From the NCBI GenBank assembly GCA_937914955.1, contig CALDLQ010000093.1:19489-83488 (forward strand): a DNA stretch of 64,000 nt, written 5' to 3'. Each line of letters opens with the position of its first letter. Position 1 is the first letter of the stretch. Below the pieces are notes generated by a model, which saw only the letters and a program-made list of their open reading frames with translations, was not told the DNA's origin and made no database searches. The position numbers and the translations under genes are program-made. This document shows positions 19,310-29,722 of this stretch, one piece after another. Source of the stretch: an uncultured Prevotella sp. GTDB lineage: Bacteria; Bacteroidota; Bacteroidia; Bacteroidales; Bacteroidaceae.

Positions 19310-20176
19310 ATGATGAGTTTCAAGAAAAAGAAAAGATGGCACTTGCTGCCCGGACAGCCAATCACCGAACTGGACAAGCAGGTGATGTACTGGGAACACA
19401 AGGGTAAGACCGTGCCCACGCGAGACCTTATAAAAACTCCTGAACAGATAGAGGGCATCCGACGTGCAGGGGTGGTCAACACAGGTGTGCTCGACGAAGT
19501 GGCACGGCAGATTCATGTCGGCATGAACACGCTCGAGATAGATCGCATTTGCATGGACTATTGCGAGGCCCATGGCGCTACGCCAGCCTGTTTGGGCTAT
19601 GAGGGATTTCCCAAAAGTGTGTGTACCAGCATCAACGAAGTGGTGTGTCATGGCATTCCCAAGGAAGAGGATGTGCTCTGCGAGGGCGACATCATCAACG
19701 TGGATTTCACCACTATCCTAGACGGTTACTATGCCGATGCCTCGCGCATGTTCATCATCGGGAAAACCACACCCGAGAAGGAACAGCTGGTGCGCGTGGC
19801 AAAAGAGTGTCTGGAGATTGGCATGGAGGCTGCAAAGCCCTATTCCTTCGTTGGCGACATAGGAAACGCCATCGAGAAGCATTGCCGACGCTACCACTAC
19901 GGGGTGGTTCGCGACCTCTGCGGCCACGGTGTGGGGCTTAAGTTCCACGAAGATCCCGAAGTGTGCCACTACGGCAAGAAGGGGACCGGTATGCTCCTCG
20001 TTCCTGGCATGGTGTTCACTATCGAACCCATGGTCAACATGGGTACATGGCGTGTTTTCATCGATGCGGATGACCCCTATGGGTGGGAAGTGATTTCCGA
20101 GGACGAACAGCCCAGCGCACAGTGGGAACACACCTTGCTGATGACCGACCACGGTGTAGAGGTGCTCACTTACTGA
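19310..20176 (+). CDS. map: Methionine aminopeptidase type I
   Basis: GFPKSVCTSINEVVCHGIP, GHGVG, FTIEPM, AQWEHT. Confidence 0.97.
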   Translation: MMSFKKKKRWHLLPGQPITELDKQVMYWEHKGKTVPTRDLIKTPEQIEGIRRAGVVNTGVLDEVARQIHVGMNTLEIDRICMDYCEAHGATPACLGYEGFPKSVCTSINEVVCHGIPKEEDVLCEGDIINVDFTTILDGYYADASRMFIIGKTTPEKEQLVRVAKECLEIGMEAAKPYSFVGDIGNAIEKHCRRYHYGVVRDLCGHGVGLKFHEDPEVCHYGKKGTGMLLVPGMVFTIEPMVNMGTWRVFIDADDPYGWEVISEDEQPSAQWEHTLLMTDHGVEVLTY

Positions 20177-20495
20177 CTTTTGGGGTGCCGAGGTGATCAT
20201 TAGCCTCATGGCAAGGATGTATCATCTTACGCAGAGGCGCGGAGGAGTCTGGGTTTTGGTTGAACAATGAGTTTTGGGGCCTTGCCTTCGTAATTGTACG
20301 TCTCCTTGATGGTAGCCGTCAGACGGTTGAATGCAGGAGGGGATGGTCGATTCCTCAAAAACTGATGGGATTATTTGCGAATTTCATTTCCTTTGATTAC
20401 CTTTGCACTCCCAAAACGAGATGTCTGGGTGAGGTTTATGAACATGGCAGAAAACATGGAACGAGTGGCCGTGTTATATGCAGAAAGGAAATGGA

Positions 20496-21527
20496 ATGGC
20501 AGATAAAAACATATATATATTAGGTATAGAGTCGAGTTGCGACGACACTTCGGCGGCTGTGCTAAGGAATGGGGTGCTGCTGTCGAATGTGACGGCGTCG
20601 CAAGCGGTACACGAAGCTTACGGCGGTGTGGTGCCTGAGTTGGCCTCGCGTGCGCACCAGCAGAATGTGGTGCCCGTGGTGGACCAGGCTCTCAAGAAGG
20701 CGGGTATCTCAAAGGAACAGCTTTCGGCTGTAGCCTTCACACGTGGCCCTGGACTGATGGGGTCGCTGTTGGTTGGGGTGAGCTTTGCCAAGGGCTTCGC
20801 ACGTGCTTTGGGCATACCGCTCATCGATGTGAACCATCTGCAGGGGCACGTCATGGCTCATTTCATCAAGGAGAGCGATGACGACCAGTCGGCTCCACCG
20901 CTGCCTTTCCTCTGTCTGTTGGTGAGTGGTGGCAATTCTCAAATAGTGAAGGTAAATGCCTACAACAACATGGAGGTGCTCGGACAGACCATCGACGACG
21001 CTGCGGGCGAGGCTATCGACAAGTGCTCGAAGGTGATGGGACTGGGTTATCCTGGTGGACCCATCATAGATCGGTTGGCGCGGCAGGGCAATCCACATGC
21101 CTACAAATTTGCAGAGCCTAACATCCCCGGGCTGGACTACAGTTTCAGCGGGTTGAAAACATCGTTTTTATATAATCTGCGTGACTGGGTGAAGGACGAT
21201 CCCGATTTCGTGGAGCACCACAAAGAGGACTTGGCCGCGAGCTTGGAGTTTACCATTGTTGACATCCTGATGAAGAAGCTGCGCCTAGCTGCCAAGCAGA
21301 CGCGCATCAAGCATGTCGCCGTGGCGGGGGGAGTGTCGGCTAATACGGGGCTGCGCAACGCTTTCGGGGAGCATGCTCGAAAGTACGGGTGGAAGATATA
21401 CATTCCCAAGTTCAGCTACACCACCGATAATGCAGCCATGATTGGAATCACGGGCTACTACAAATATCTGGACGGCGAGTTCTGTCCGATTGATGCGCCG
21501 GCGTTCAGCAAGGTGACATTCGAGTGA
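20496..21527 (+). CDS. tsaD: tRNA N6-adenosine threonylcarbamoyltransferase
   Basis: LGIESSCDDT, GGVVPELASRAH, DDAAGEA.DK, SFSGLKT, TDNAAMI; -7 box at 20398-20405. Confidence 0.97.
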   Translation: MADKNIYILGIESSCDDTSAAVLRNGVLLSNVTASQAVHEAYGGVVPELASRAHQQNVVPVVDQALKKAGISKEQLSAVAFTRGPGLMGSLLVGVSFAKGFARALGIPLIDVNHLQGHVMAHFIKESDDDQSAPPLPFLCLLVSGGNSQIVKVNAYNNMEVLGQTIDDAAGEAIDKCSKVMGLGYPGGPIIDRLARQGNPHAYKFAEPNIPGLDYSFSGLKTSFLYNLRDWVKDDPDFVEHHKEDLAASLEFTIVDILMKKLRLAAKQTRIKHVAVAGGVSANTGLRNAFGEHARKYGWKIYIPKFSYTTDNAAMIGITGYYKYLDGEFCPIDAPAFSKVTFE

Positions 21528-21596
21528 TAAGAAAGCAAAAGGGAGGGAAGGAGAGGAAAAGCAGAAAGAGATTCTTTAATAAAAAAAAACAGCATT

Positions 21597-22103
21597 ATGG
21601 AATTTGAAAACAAGATTTTGAGTGCTGAGATTCAGCGTATTATGTATGAAGCAGGGCTGACCCTCTCCACGGCAGAGAGCTGCACGGGAGGTCACATTGC
21701 CGAGTCTATAATAGCGGTGCCCGGTTCGTCGGAGTATTTCAAAGGAGGGGTTATCAGCTACACAAACGAGATTAAGGAGCGTCTGCTGGGTGTTGACCCT
21801 CAGCTGATAGCCGAAAAGACGGCCGTCTCTGAGGAGGTGGCAGTAAGCATGGTGCGCGGAGCCATCAGAACCATGCAGACAGACTTCGCCATAGCTGCCA
21901 CAGGAGTGGCGGGGCCTGGGGGAGGCACGAAGGAGATTCCCGTGGGCACCATCTGGTTGGCCTGCGGCTCGGTTGACGAGGTGGCAACGTTCAAGATGGA
22001 GGAGGACGAAGGGCGCGACAAGAATTTGGCCAATGCATCGAGTAAGGCGTTGCACATGTTTCTTGATTTTTTGCGCGAACATGTGGAGAAAAAGAGCGAA
22101 TGA
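21597..22103 (+). CDS. CinA/PncC family NMN deamidase
   Basis: TAESCTGG, AVSEEVA, TGVAGPGGG. Confidence 0.92.
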   Translation: MEFENKILSAEIQRIMYEAGLTLSTAESCTGGHIAESIIAVPGSSEYFKGGVISYTNEIKERLLGVDPQLIAEKTAVSEEVAVSMVRGAIRTMQTDFAIAATGVAGPGGGTKEIPVGTIWLACGSVDEVATFKMEEDEGRDKNLANASSKALHMFLDFLREHVEKKSE

Positions 22104-22270
22104 CCCCTTATGTAAACGCCAACAGAGCACGGAATTAGCCGGAAAAGAGAAAAAAATCCTTAAATGGGAATATTAATCGAGGAATAATTTTGTTTTTTCC
22201 AGAAAAGTTTGTAATTTTGCACCCTGTTTGGAATAGGTATCAAAAACGAAAACAAAAAATTTAGATAGAA

Positions 22271-22534
22271 ATGTCGAAAATTTGTCAGATTACAGGCAAG
22301 AAGGCACAGATTGGCAACAATGTGTCTCACTCAAAGCACCGTACGAAGAGAAGCTTTGACGTAAACTTGTTCAGCAAGAAATTCTACTATGTGGAGGAAG
22401 ACTGCTGGATCAGACTCAAGATCAGTGCAGCTGGTCTTCGTCTTATTAATAAGTTGGGTCTTGACGCAGCCTTGAAGCAGGCTGTTCAGAAGGGCTACGT
22501 TGACTGGAAGGACATTAAAGTAATAGGAGACTAA
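22271..22534 (+). CDS. rpmB: 50S ribosomal protein L28
   Basis: [10 protein letters not shown]...GNNVSHS...TKR.F..NL; -7 box at 22212-22219. Confidence 0.98.
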   Translation: MSKICQITGKKAQIGNNVSHSKHRTKRSFDVNLFSKKFYYVEEDCWIRLKISAAGLRLINKLGLDAALKQAVQKGYVDWKDIKVIGD

Positions 22535-22539
22535 GCACC

Positions 22540-22731
22540 ATGGCATCAAAGAAAGCAAAGGGTAACAGAGTTCAGGTCATTTTGGAATGCACCGAAATGA
22601 AGAACAGTGGACTTCCGGGCACCAGCCGTTACGTGACGACTAAGAACCGCAAGAACACTCCTGAGAGAATGGAATTGATGAAGTATAATCCTATCCTGAA
22701 GAAGATGACTCTTCACAAGGAGATTAAATAA
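22540..22731 (+). CDS. rpmG: 50S ribosomal protein L33
   Basis: [21 protein letters not shown]...HKEIK. Confidence 0.98.
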   Translation: MASKKAKGNRVQVILECTEMKNSGLPGTSRYVTTKNRKNTPERMELMKYNPILKKMTLHKEIK

Positions 22732-22743
22732 TAATTAGCACAA

Positions 22744-22902
22744 ATGGCAAAGAAAACCGTTGCAACCCTCCACGAAGGTTCGAAGGATGGTCGCGCTTAC
22801 ACAAAGGTCATCAAAATGGTGAAGAGCCCCAAGACCGGTGCTTATGTCTTTGACGAGCAGATGGTTCCTAACGAGGCCGTGAAGGATTTCTTCAAGAATT
22901 AA
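22744..22902 (+). CDS. DUF4295 small protein
   Basis: Translated by hand as MAKKTVATL...KVIKMVKSPKTGAY.F.E; usual position after rpmG in Bacteroidetes. Confidence 0.9.
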   Translation: MAKKTVATLHEGSKDGRAYTKVIKMVKSPKTGAYVFDEQMVPNEAVKDFFKN

Positions 22903-22933
22903 TCCTTAAGAATAAAGATAATGAACTATTGAG

Positions 22934-22977
22934 AAAGGTTGTCACCTACACTTAGGTTGACGACCTTTTTCATTTTT
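22934..22977 (+). terminator. Intrinsic terminator
   Basis: aaaggttgtca...tgacgaccttt followed by a T-tract. Confidence 0.8.
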
Positions 22978-23041
22978 ATTCCGAAAAATTGTTCATGTAT
23001 CAATAAAATTTGCTACCTTTGTGGCAAATTGTACAATTATC

Positions 23042-23998
23042 ATGGGTTTATTCGGATTTTTCAATAAAAACAAGAAGGAAACGCTTGACAAAGGTCTGGA
23101 AAAGACCAAGCAGAGTGTGTTTGGCAAACTGGCACGTGCCGTTGCTGGAAAGTCAAAGGTGGACGACGAAGTGCTCGACGACTTGGAGGAGGTGCTTATC
23201 ACCTCAGACGTGGGCGTTGACACCACGTTGAAGATCATCCAGCGCATTGAAGAAAGGGTGGCGCGCGACAAGTATGTCTCCACTTCGGAGTTGAACCGCA
23301 TCCTGCGCGAAGAAATAGCATCGTTGCTTGCCGAAAACCACACCGACGACAACGAAAATTGGGATTTGCCTGCCGACCACAAACCCTATGTCATACTGGT
23401 GGTTGGCGTGAATGGGGTGGGTAAGACCACAACCATAGGCAAACTGGCCTACCAATTCAAGCAGGCGGGCAAGAAAGTGTGCCTTGGGGCTGCCGACACC
23501 TTCCGTGCAGCAGCTGTTGAGCAACTCTGCATCTGGGGTGAACGAGTGGGAGTGCCCGTGGTGAAGCAACAGATGGGAGCAGACCCCGCCTCGGTGGCCT
23601 ACGATACTCTTTGCTCGGCCAAGGCCAATGGGGTTGACGTGGTGTTGATTGACACCGCTGGCCGCTTGCACAACAAGGTGGGACTGATGAACGAGCTGAA
23701 GAAAATTAAGGACGTGATGAAGAAAGTGCTCCCACAAGCCCCCGATGAGGTGATGCTCGTGCTCGACGGATCAACTGGCCAGAATGCCTTCGAACAGGCC
23801 AAGCAATTCTCGGCCGTCACCAATATCACAAGTCTGGCCATCACGAAACTTGATGGAACGGCCAAGGGAGGTGTGGTGATAGGCATTAGCGACCAACTGA
23901 AGGTGCCCGTGAAGTACATCGGACTGGGCGAAGGTATGGAAGATTTGCAACTGTTCAACAAGAGCCAGTTCGTTGACTCGCTCTTCAAGAACGACTAA
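23042..23998 (+). CDS. ftsY: Signal recognition particle receptor
   Basis: GVNGVGKTTTIGKLA, DTFRAAA, DTAGR, TKLDGTAKGG. Confidence 0.98.
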   Translation: MGLFGFFNKNKKETLDKGLEKTKQSVFGKLARAVAGKSKVDDEVLDDLEEVLITSDVGVDTTLKIIQRIEERVARDKYVSTSELNRILREEIASLLAENHTDDNENWDLPADHKPYVILVVGVNGVGKTTTIGKLAYQFKQAGKKVCLGAADTFRAAAVEQLCIWGERVGVPVVKQQMGADPASVAYDTLCSAKANGVDVVLIDTAGRLHNKVGLMNELKKIKDVMKKVLPQAPDEVMLVLDGSTGQNAFEQAKQFSAVTNITSLAITKLDGTAKGGVVIGISDQLKVPVKYIGLGEGMEDLQLFNKSQFVDSLFKND

Positions 23999-24054
23999 AA
24001 CCGGAATATCGAGACACTTTTACTTACACATATATAGAGGAAAGAGCAGAAAGC

Positions 24055-25353
24055 GTGGTAAAGAATCAGATAGACATCATCACCATGGGGTGTTCGAAGA
24101 ACTTGGTTGATAGCGAATTGCTGATGAAGCAGTTCGAGGCCAACGGCTATACGTGTACGCACGACAGCAAACGTCCTCGCGGCGAAATTGTAGTGATCAA
24201 CACGTGTGGATTCATCAACGACGCCAAGGAGGAAAGCATAAGCACCATTCTGGAGTTTGCACAAGCCAAGGAGCAGGGACGCATCAGAAAACTCTACGTA
24301 ATGGGATGTCTGTCTCAACGCTATAAAGACAAGCTCGAGGAAGAAATACCCGAGGTGGACAAATACTACGGCAAATTCGACTATAAACAGCTGCTCACCG
24401 ATCTAGGGAAAGCAGAGATCGAGTCCTGCAATGGAGTGCGCCACCTTACCACCCCGCGCCACTATGCCTACCTGAAAATCAGTGAAGGGTGCGACCGACA
24501 CTGCGCTTATTGCGCAATTCCTATCATTACAGGCAAGCACGTGAGCCGTCCCATGGACGAGATTCTCGATGAGGTGCGCCGACTTGTAGGCCAGGGCGTG
24601 AAAGAGTTTCAGGTCATAGCCCAGGAACTAACTTTCTACGGTCTCGACATTGACGGGAAGCCCCACATCGCCCAATTGATAGAGCAGATGGCCGATATCC
24701 CCGGCGTGAAATGGATAAGGCTGCACTATGCTTATCCGGCTAATTTCCCCTACGACCTGCTCAGAGTGATGCGCGAGAAACCCAATGTATGCAAGTATCT
24801 CGACATTGCCTTGCAACACATCTCGGACAATATGCTCACGGCCATGCACCGACATGTAACCAAAGCAGAGACCTACCAGTTGGTGAGCCGTCTGCGCCAG
24901 GAGGTGCCAGACATTCATCTGCGCACCACGCTGATGGTAGGGTTCCCAGGTGAAACTGATGCCGATTTTGAGGAACTGATGGAGTTCACACGATGGGCTC
25001 GCTTTGAGCGCATGGGAGCCTTTGCCTACTCGGAGGAGGAAGACACCTACAGTGGCATGAACTATAAGGACGACGTGCCGCCCGAGGTGAAGCAAAAACG
25101 GCTGGACCGGCTCATGGCTCTGCAACAAGAAATCAGTGCGGAAATAGAGGCAGAGAAGGTGGGTACAGTCATGCGCGTCATCATCGACCGTAAGGAGGGT
25201 GATTACTATGTGGGACGCACTGAATTCTGTTCGCCCGAGGTTGACCCCGAAGTGCTGATTCCCGCCGAAACGAAACGTCTGCACTTGGGAAGATTCTACC
25301 AAGTGAAGATTACACATTCAGAAGAATTTGATTTATACGGAATTGTGCAATGA
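24055..25353 (+). CDS. rimO: Ribosomal protein S12 methylthiotransferase
   Basis: GCSKNLVDSE, NTCGFI, CDRHCAYC, PEVD. Confidence 0.96.
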   Translation: MVKNQIDIITMGCSKNLVDSELLMKQFEANGYTCTHDSKRPRGEIVVINTCGFINDAKEESISTILEFAQAKEQGRIRKLYVMGCLSQRYKDKLEEEIPEVDKYYGKFDYKQLLTDLGKAEIESCNGVRHLTTPRHYAYLKISEGCDRHCAYCAIPIITGKHVSRPMDEILDEVRRLVGQGVKEFQVIAQELTFYGLDIDGKPHIAQLIEQMADIPGVKWIRLHYAYPANFPYDLLRVMREKPNVCKYLDIALQHISDNMLTAMHRHVTKAETYQLVSRLRQEVPDIHLRTTLMVGFPGETDADFEELMEFTRWARFERMGAFAYSEEEDTYSGMNYKDDVPPEVKQKRLDRLMALQQEISAEIEAEKVGTVMRVIIDRKEGDYYVGRTEFCSPEVDPEVLIPAETKRLHLGRFYQVKITHSEEFDLYGIVQ

Positions 25354-25643
25354 ACAACAAGGATTTCATAGCAGAGTTGTCCAGGCGTATGGGATTCACC
25401 CAGGACGACACCCAGAAAGTGATGCGCACGGCCATCGACGCCATGAGCGAGAGTCTGCAGAACGGTGACACCGTGCTGCTGCCCAACTTTGGCACTTTCG
25501 AAGTGAAAAAGCGTATGGAACGAGTGGTCGTGAATCCTTCTACTCGCAAGCGCATGCTTGTACCGCCCAAGTTGGTGTTGGGATTCAAACCCGTGGCCGC
25601 CATTAAGGAAAAACTAAAGAATGGAGGACAGGCAAATGAGTAG
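25350..25643 (+). CDS. HU/IHF-family DNA-binding protein
   Basis: FGTFEVK...NPST...VPPK.V..FKP. Confidence 0.93.
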   Translation: MNNKDFIAELSRRMGFTQDDTQKVMRTAIDAMSESLQNGDTVLLPNFGTFEVKKRMERVVVNPSTRKRMLVPPKLVLGFKPVAAIKEKLKNGGQANE

Positions 25644-27486
25644 GATTTCTGTAGCAGAAATAGCGAGGGTCATTGCCAAGAAACACAAAATGACCATCCG
25701 TGAGAGCGAAAAGTTCGTCACGGCATTTATTGATGTCATAAACAATGGCTTGCGATATGAGAAGCAGGTCAAGATCAAAGGTCTGGGAACCTTCAAAGTG
25801 ATTGACACCAAGAATCGCAAGAGCGTTAACATCAAGACTGGCGAGGCCATTGTCATTGAGGGTAGGGGGAAAATAACTTTCACGCCCGATGCTGTTATGC
25901 GCGATCTGGTCAACAAGCCTTTCTCTCAGTTTGAAACCGTAGAACTCAACGACGGGGTCAACTTTGAGGACATCGAACAGGTTTTCGCAACCGGCAAGGA
26001 AGACGATGCACTAGCCTACGAGGCGCTATTCGCCGCTGATGTTGTGCAATCTGAAGAACCAGAGTCCGTCTTGACCACAAAACCCGAAATCGTCGATGAG
26101 CTCGAACCTGTTGAAGAGACTGATGAGGAATCTGGACTCATCGAGACTCCCGAAACCGCCCCCATTGCGGGTACTGAACCCGAGCCCGTTGCAGTTCCCG
26201 AACCCGAGCCCGTTGCGGTTCCCGAACCCGAGCCCGTTGCAGTTCCCGACCCCGAGCCAGAAGAGGAACCCAAGTCCGAATCCGACGAGTCCCCTGAATC
26301 CGAACTCATAGAGGTTTCCGAAACTGAATCCATCGCAGTTCCTGAAACTGAGCCCCAAGAGGAACCCAAGTCCGAATCCGATGAGTCCCCTAAATCTGGA
26401 CTTATAGAGGCTTCCGAAACTGAGTCCATTGCGGTTACCGAACCCGAAGAGAAACCCAAGTCCGAAGAGGACCCCGAGCCCACTAGAGAAACGGCCGAAA
26501 AAGAGACGGCTGATGAAGAATTGCTGGAAGTGGAGCCTGTTGGGGAATCTCGGGTGAACACCCACATTTTTGAGGATCGTAAGGCAAGCCTGCTGCAACA
26601 CTATCGTGACTACAGCGAGGAATTGGAATACCAACTCGATAGACAAAAGAATTACAGAAAGTGGTTTGCCCTGATTTCCTGCCTTCTGATCGTGGCGGCT
26701 GGCGTGGGAGGATATTATGCCGGTTCCAAGATCATGAAGGACAAACTCGATGAGCAGTATCAGTCGATGCTTGTGGATAATGTGTCGCCCGATTCCATTT
26801 CGAGCATGATGGAACAGGAGGCCAAAGCCGACTCGTCAGCCAAGGCTGCGCGGTTGGCGAAACTCAGAGAAGAGACTGATTTGAGGATGAAAGCCCGCCA
26901 GCAATCCACCCAAACCAATACAGCCTACGAGACAGCCCGTGAGCGTGCAAAGGAAATAACCACAATCAAATCAGAACAGGAAAGAGCAGAAAAAGAGAGG
27001 TTCGAAGCCGACCTCAAGGCTAAGGCACAAGCCAGGGAGCAAAAACTGAAAGCCGAAGCTGAAGCAAAGAAACTCGCCGAAGCTGAAGCTGCGGCACAGA
27101 AAGCTGCTGCACAGAAAGCTGCGGCACAGAAAGCTGCTGCACAGAAAGCTGCGGCACAGAAAGCTGCTGCTCCAAAGACGGCAACGGCTAAACCTTCATC
27201 CCAATCAGCCAAGGGCCAGCCAAATGCAGGGAAGGTGATTCCCGTCTCTCCGTCAAAATACGAGCAGATGAGTGCAGCCGTGCGTTTGGGTGCCTATCGC
27301 ATCGTGGGAATTGACCAAACCATAACCGTCAGGAAAGGCCAGACGCTGAAGTCCATCTCGAAAGCTTATTTCGGACCGGGCATGGAGTGTTATGTTGAGG
27401 CGTTGAACGGCGGCATCAAGGAAGTGAGTGAAGGGCAGAAACTTAAAATACCCAAATTGGAACTCAAAAAGAAGGGCAACAAATAA
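25636..27486 (+). CDS. HU-domain, transmembrane, LysM-like fusion protein
   Basis: N-terminal HU fold (GLGTFKV, TFTPD, VNKPFSQFE), acidic Pro/Glu linker, TM 'FALISCLLIVAAGVGGYYAG', Ala/Lys-rich helix, C-terminal 'VRKGQTL.SIS..YFG...GQKLKIP'. Confidence 0.85.
   Translation: MSRISVAEIARVIAKKHKMTIRESEKFVTAFIDVINNGLRYEKQVKIKGLGTFKVIDTKNRKSVNIKTGEAIVIEGRGKITFTPDAVMRDLVNKPFSQFETVELNDGVNFEDIEQVFATGKEDDALAYEALFAADVVQSEEPESVLTTKPEIVDELEPVEETDEESGLIETPETAPIAGTEPEPVAVPEPEPVAVPEPEPVAVPDPEPEEEPKSESDESPESELIEVSETESIAVPETEPQEEPKSESDESPKSGLIEASETESIAVTEPEEKPKSEEDPEPTRETAEKETADEELLEVEPVGESRVNTHIFEDRKASLLQHYRDYSEELEYQLDRQKNYRKWFALISCLLIVAAGVGGYYAGSKIMKDKLDEQYQSMLVDNVSPDSISSMMEQEAKADSSAKAARLAKLREETDLRMKARQQSTQTNTAYETARERAKEITTIKSEQERAEKERFEADLKAKAQAREQKLKAEAEAKKLAEAEAAAQKAAAQKAAAQKAAAQKAAAQKAAAPKTATAKPSSQSAKGQPNAGKVIPVSPSKYEQMSAAVRLGAYRIVGIDQTITVRKGQTLKSISKAYFGPGMECYVEALNGGIKEVSEGQKLKIPKLELKKKGNK
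26176..26247 (+). repeat. Coding tandem repeat, 24 bp x3 (EPEPVAVP)
   Basis: gaacccgagcccgttgc(a/g)gttccc three times. Confidence 0.9.
27088..27162 (+). repeat. Coding tandem repeat, 15 bp x5 (AAAQK)
   Basis: gctgc(g/t)gcacagaaa five times. Confidence 0.9.
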
Positions 27487-27528
27487 TCGCTGCCTCGACT
27501 CTCCACTGGCAAGAAAAACGAAAACATG

Positions 27529-27566
27529 AAAAGTTTCTTAAAATGTAGGTTTTAAGAAACTTTTTT
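27529..27566 (+). terminator. Intrinsic terminator
   Basis: aaaagtttcttaaaa/ttttaagaaactttt inverted repeat. Confidence 0.7.
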
Positions 27567-27656
27567 AATATTATTTAGTCACTATTTTTCGGCTATAAGG
27601 CCATATATTTGTACTTTTGCACCACTTAGAAGAAATCATAAAAAATCATTACAATT

Positions 27657-28652
27657 ATGGCAGAAGCTATTGATATACGCGAGTTGAACATCTTGATAGA
27701 ACAACAAAGCGCATTCGTAACAAAACTCACCAGTGGCATGGATCGTGTCATTGTAGGTCAGAAACATCTTGTTGATTCGCTGCTTATTGGTTTGCTCAGC
27801 GATGGCCACATACTCTTGGAAGGTGTGCCAGGGTTGGCCAAGACATTGGCCATCAAGACATTGGCACAGCTGATTGACTCCGACTACAGCCGTATTCAGT
27901 TCACCCCCGACCTGCTTCCCGCCGATGTCATCGGTACGATGATCTATTCGCAGAAAGACGAGAATTACCAGGTGAAGAAAGGCCCCGTGTTTGCCAACTT
28001 CGTGCTGGCCGACGAAATCAACCGTGCTCCGGCAAAGGTGCAGAGTGCTCTGCTTGAAGCTATGCAGGAGCATCAGGTGACCATTGGCAGCGAGACGTTC
28101 CCCTTGCCCAGCCCGTTCCTTGTGATGGCTACACAGAACCCCATCGAGCAGGAAGGAACCTATCCGCTTCCCGAGGCACAGGTGGATCGATTCATGCTCA
28201 AGGTGGTGATAGACTATCCCACCATTGACGAGGAGAAAAAGATTATCCGTGAGAACATTCAGGGCGGGTTGCCTGAAGTTTCGCCCGTCACTACGGCAAA
28301 GGACATCCTGAGTGCTCGCGAAGTGGTGCGCGAAGTCTATATTGACGAGAAAATAGAGCAGTACATAGCAGACATTGTTTTTGCCACCCGCTACCCCGAC
28401 CGCTACGGACTGAACGAACTCAACGACATGATAACATTCGGAGGCTCGCCCCGTGCCAGCATCAATCTGGCCAAGGCTGCCCGTGCCTATGCATTCATAA
28501 AGCGCCGTGGCTATGTGAAACCCGAGGATGTGCGCGCCGTGGTTCACGACGTACTCCGTCACCGCATTGGCCTCTCCTACGAGGCTGAGGCCAGCAATGT
28601 TTCCAGCGAGCATATCATCAGCAAGATTGTCAACAAGGTCGAAGTGCCCTAA
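27657..28652 (+). CDS. MoxR-family AAA+ ATPase
   Basis: EGVPGLAKT, RIQFTPDLLP, DEINRAPAKVQSALLEAM, ATQNPIEQEGTYPLPEAQ.DRF. Confidence 0.96.
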   Translation: MAEAIDIRELNILIEQQSAFVTKLTSGMDRVIVGQKHLVDSLLIGLLSDGHILLEGVPGLAKTLAIKTLAQLIDSDYSRIQFTPDLLPADVIGTMIYSQKDENYQVKKGPVFANFVLADEINRAPAKVQSALLEAMQEHQVTIGSETFPLPSPFLVMATQNPIEQEGTYPLPEAQVDRFMLKVVIDYPTIDEEKKIIRENIQGGLPEVSPVTTAKDILSAREVVREVYIDEKIEQYIADIVFATRYPDRYGLNELNDMITFGGSPRASINLAKAARAYAFIKRRGYVKPEDVRAVVHDVLRHRIGLSYEAEASNVSSEHIISKIVNKVEVP

Positions 28653-28762
28653 GAATGCTCTGCAAGGTCGAAGTTGTCCTTGAGAAATCCTGCTCGTTGA
28701 CTTCGTACTGGAAAGGAGTTTAATACAAGTTTTTTTTGAATAGAGAACAAGAAAAATAACTG

Positions 28763-29638
28763 ATGACCGAGACTTCTGAGTTGCTTAAGAAAGTAAGGAA
28801 GATTGAAATCAAGACCCGTGGATTGAGCGCCAATATATTTGCAGGCCAGTACCACTCGGCTTTCAAGGGGAGGGGCATGGCTTTCAGTGAAGTGCGCGAA
28901 TATCAGTTTGGCGACGATGTACGCGACATCGACTGGAACGTGACGGCCCGTTTCCACAAACCCTACGTGAAAGTGTTCGAAGAAGAACGCGAGCTAACCG
29001 TGATGCTGCTCATTGACGTCAGCGGCTCGCTCGACTTCGGCACTCAGCGCCAGATGAAAAAGGACATGGTGGCCGAGATTGCCGCAACACTGGCTTTCAG
29101 CGCCATACAGAACAACGATAAGATAGGGGTGGTGTTCTTCTCCGACAAGATAGAGAAATACATTCCGCCGAAGAAAGGGCGTAAGCACATCCTATACATC
29201 ATCCGCGAAATGCTCGACTTCCATCCTGAGAGCCAACGCACCGATGTGAAGATGGCCGTTGAGTTTCTGACAAGTGTCATCAAGCGTCGTTGCACAGCTT
29301 TCATACTGAGTGACTTCTACGTGCGCAATGATTTTGAGAACGCACTGACCATCTGTAATCGCAAGCACGACGTGGTGGCCATTCAGGTTTACGATTTGCG
29401 GGCCAAACAGCTGCCCGATGTGGGCTTGATGCGTCTGGTAGATGCCGAGACCGGCCATGAGATGTACATAGACACGGGCAGCAAGAAAGTGCGACGTGCC
29501 CACACGGCTTTCTGGATGAACCGACAGGCAAACCTGCGGCAGACGTTCAACAAGAGCAATGTCGATAATGTTTCGATAGCCACCAATGAGGACTATGTCA
29601 AGGCATTGCTCCAGTTGTTTGCCATGAGGGGCGTTTGA
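28763..29638 (+). CDS. DUF58 (vWA-like) protein
   Basis: FSEVREYQFGDDVRDIDWNVTAR, EEERE, DVSGS. Confidence 0.93.
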   Translation: MTETSELLKKVRKIEIKTRGLSANIFAGQYHSAFKGRGMAFSEVREYQFGDDVRDIDWNVTARFHKPYVKVFEEERELTVMLLIDVSGSLDFGTQRQMKKDMVAEIAATLAFSAIQNNDKIGVVFFSDKIEKYIPPKKGRKHILYIIREMLDFHPESQRTDVKMAVEFLTSVIKRRCTAFILSDFYVRNDFENALTICNRKHDVVAIQVYDLRAKQLPDVGLMRLVDAETGHEMYIDTGSKKVRRAHTAFWMNRQANLRQTFNKSNVDNVSIATNEDYVKALLQLFAMRGV

Positions 29639-29722
29639 GTGGCGCTGGAAGAAAAGGAATACAAACAACCACCGAGGAGTTAAATTTTGAACAGAACAAA
29701 TCATTCACCGAGGAGTATAATT

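Noticed and set aside
20260..20523. 87-aa ORF upstream of tsaD, and the short ORFs within 56069-57136
   Set aside because: They overlap promoter boxes, have poor start contexts and show no protein-like features.
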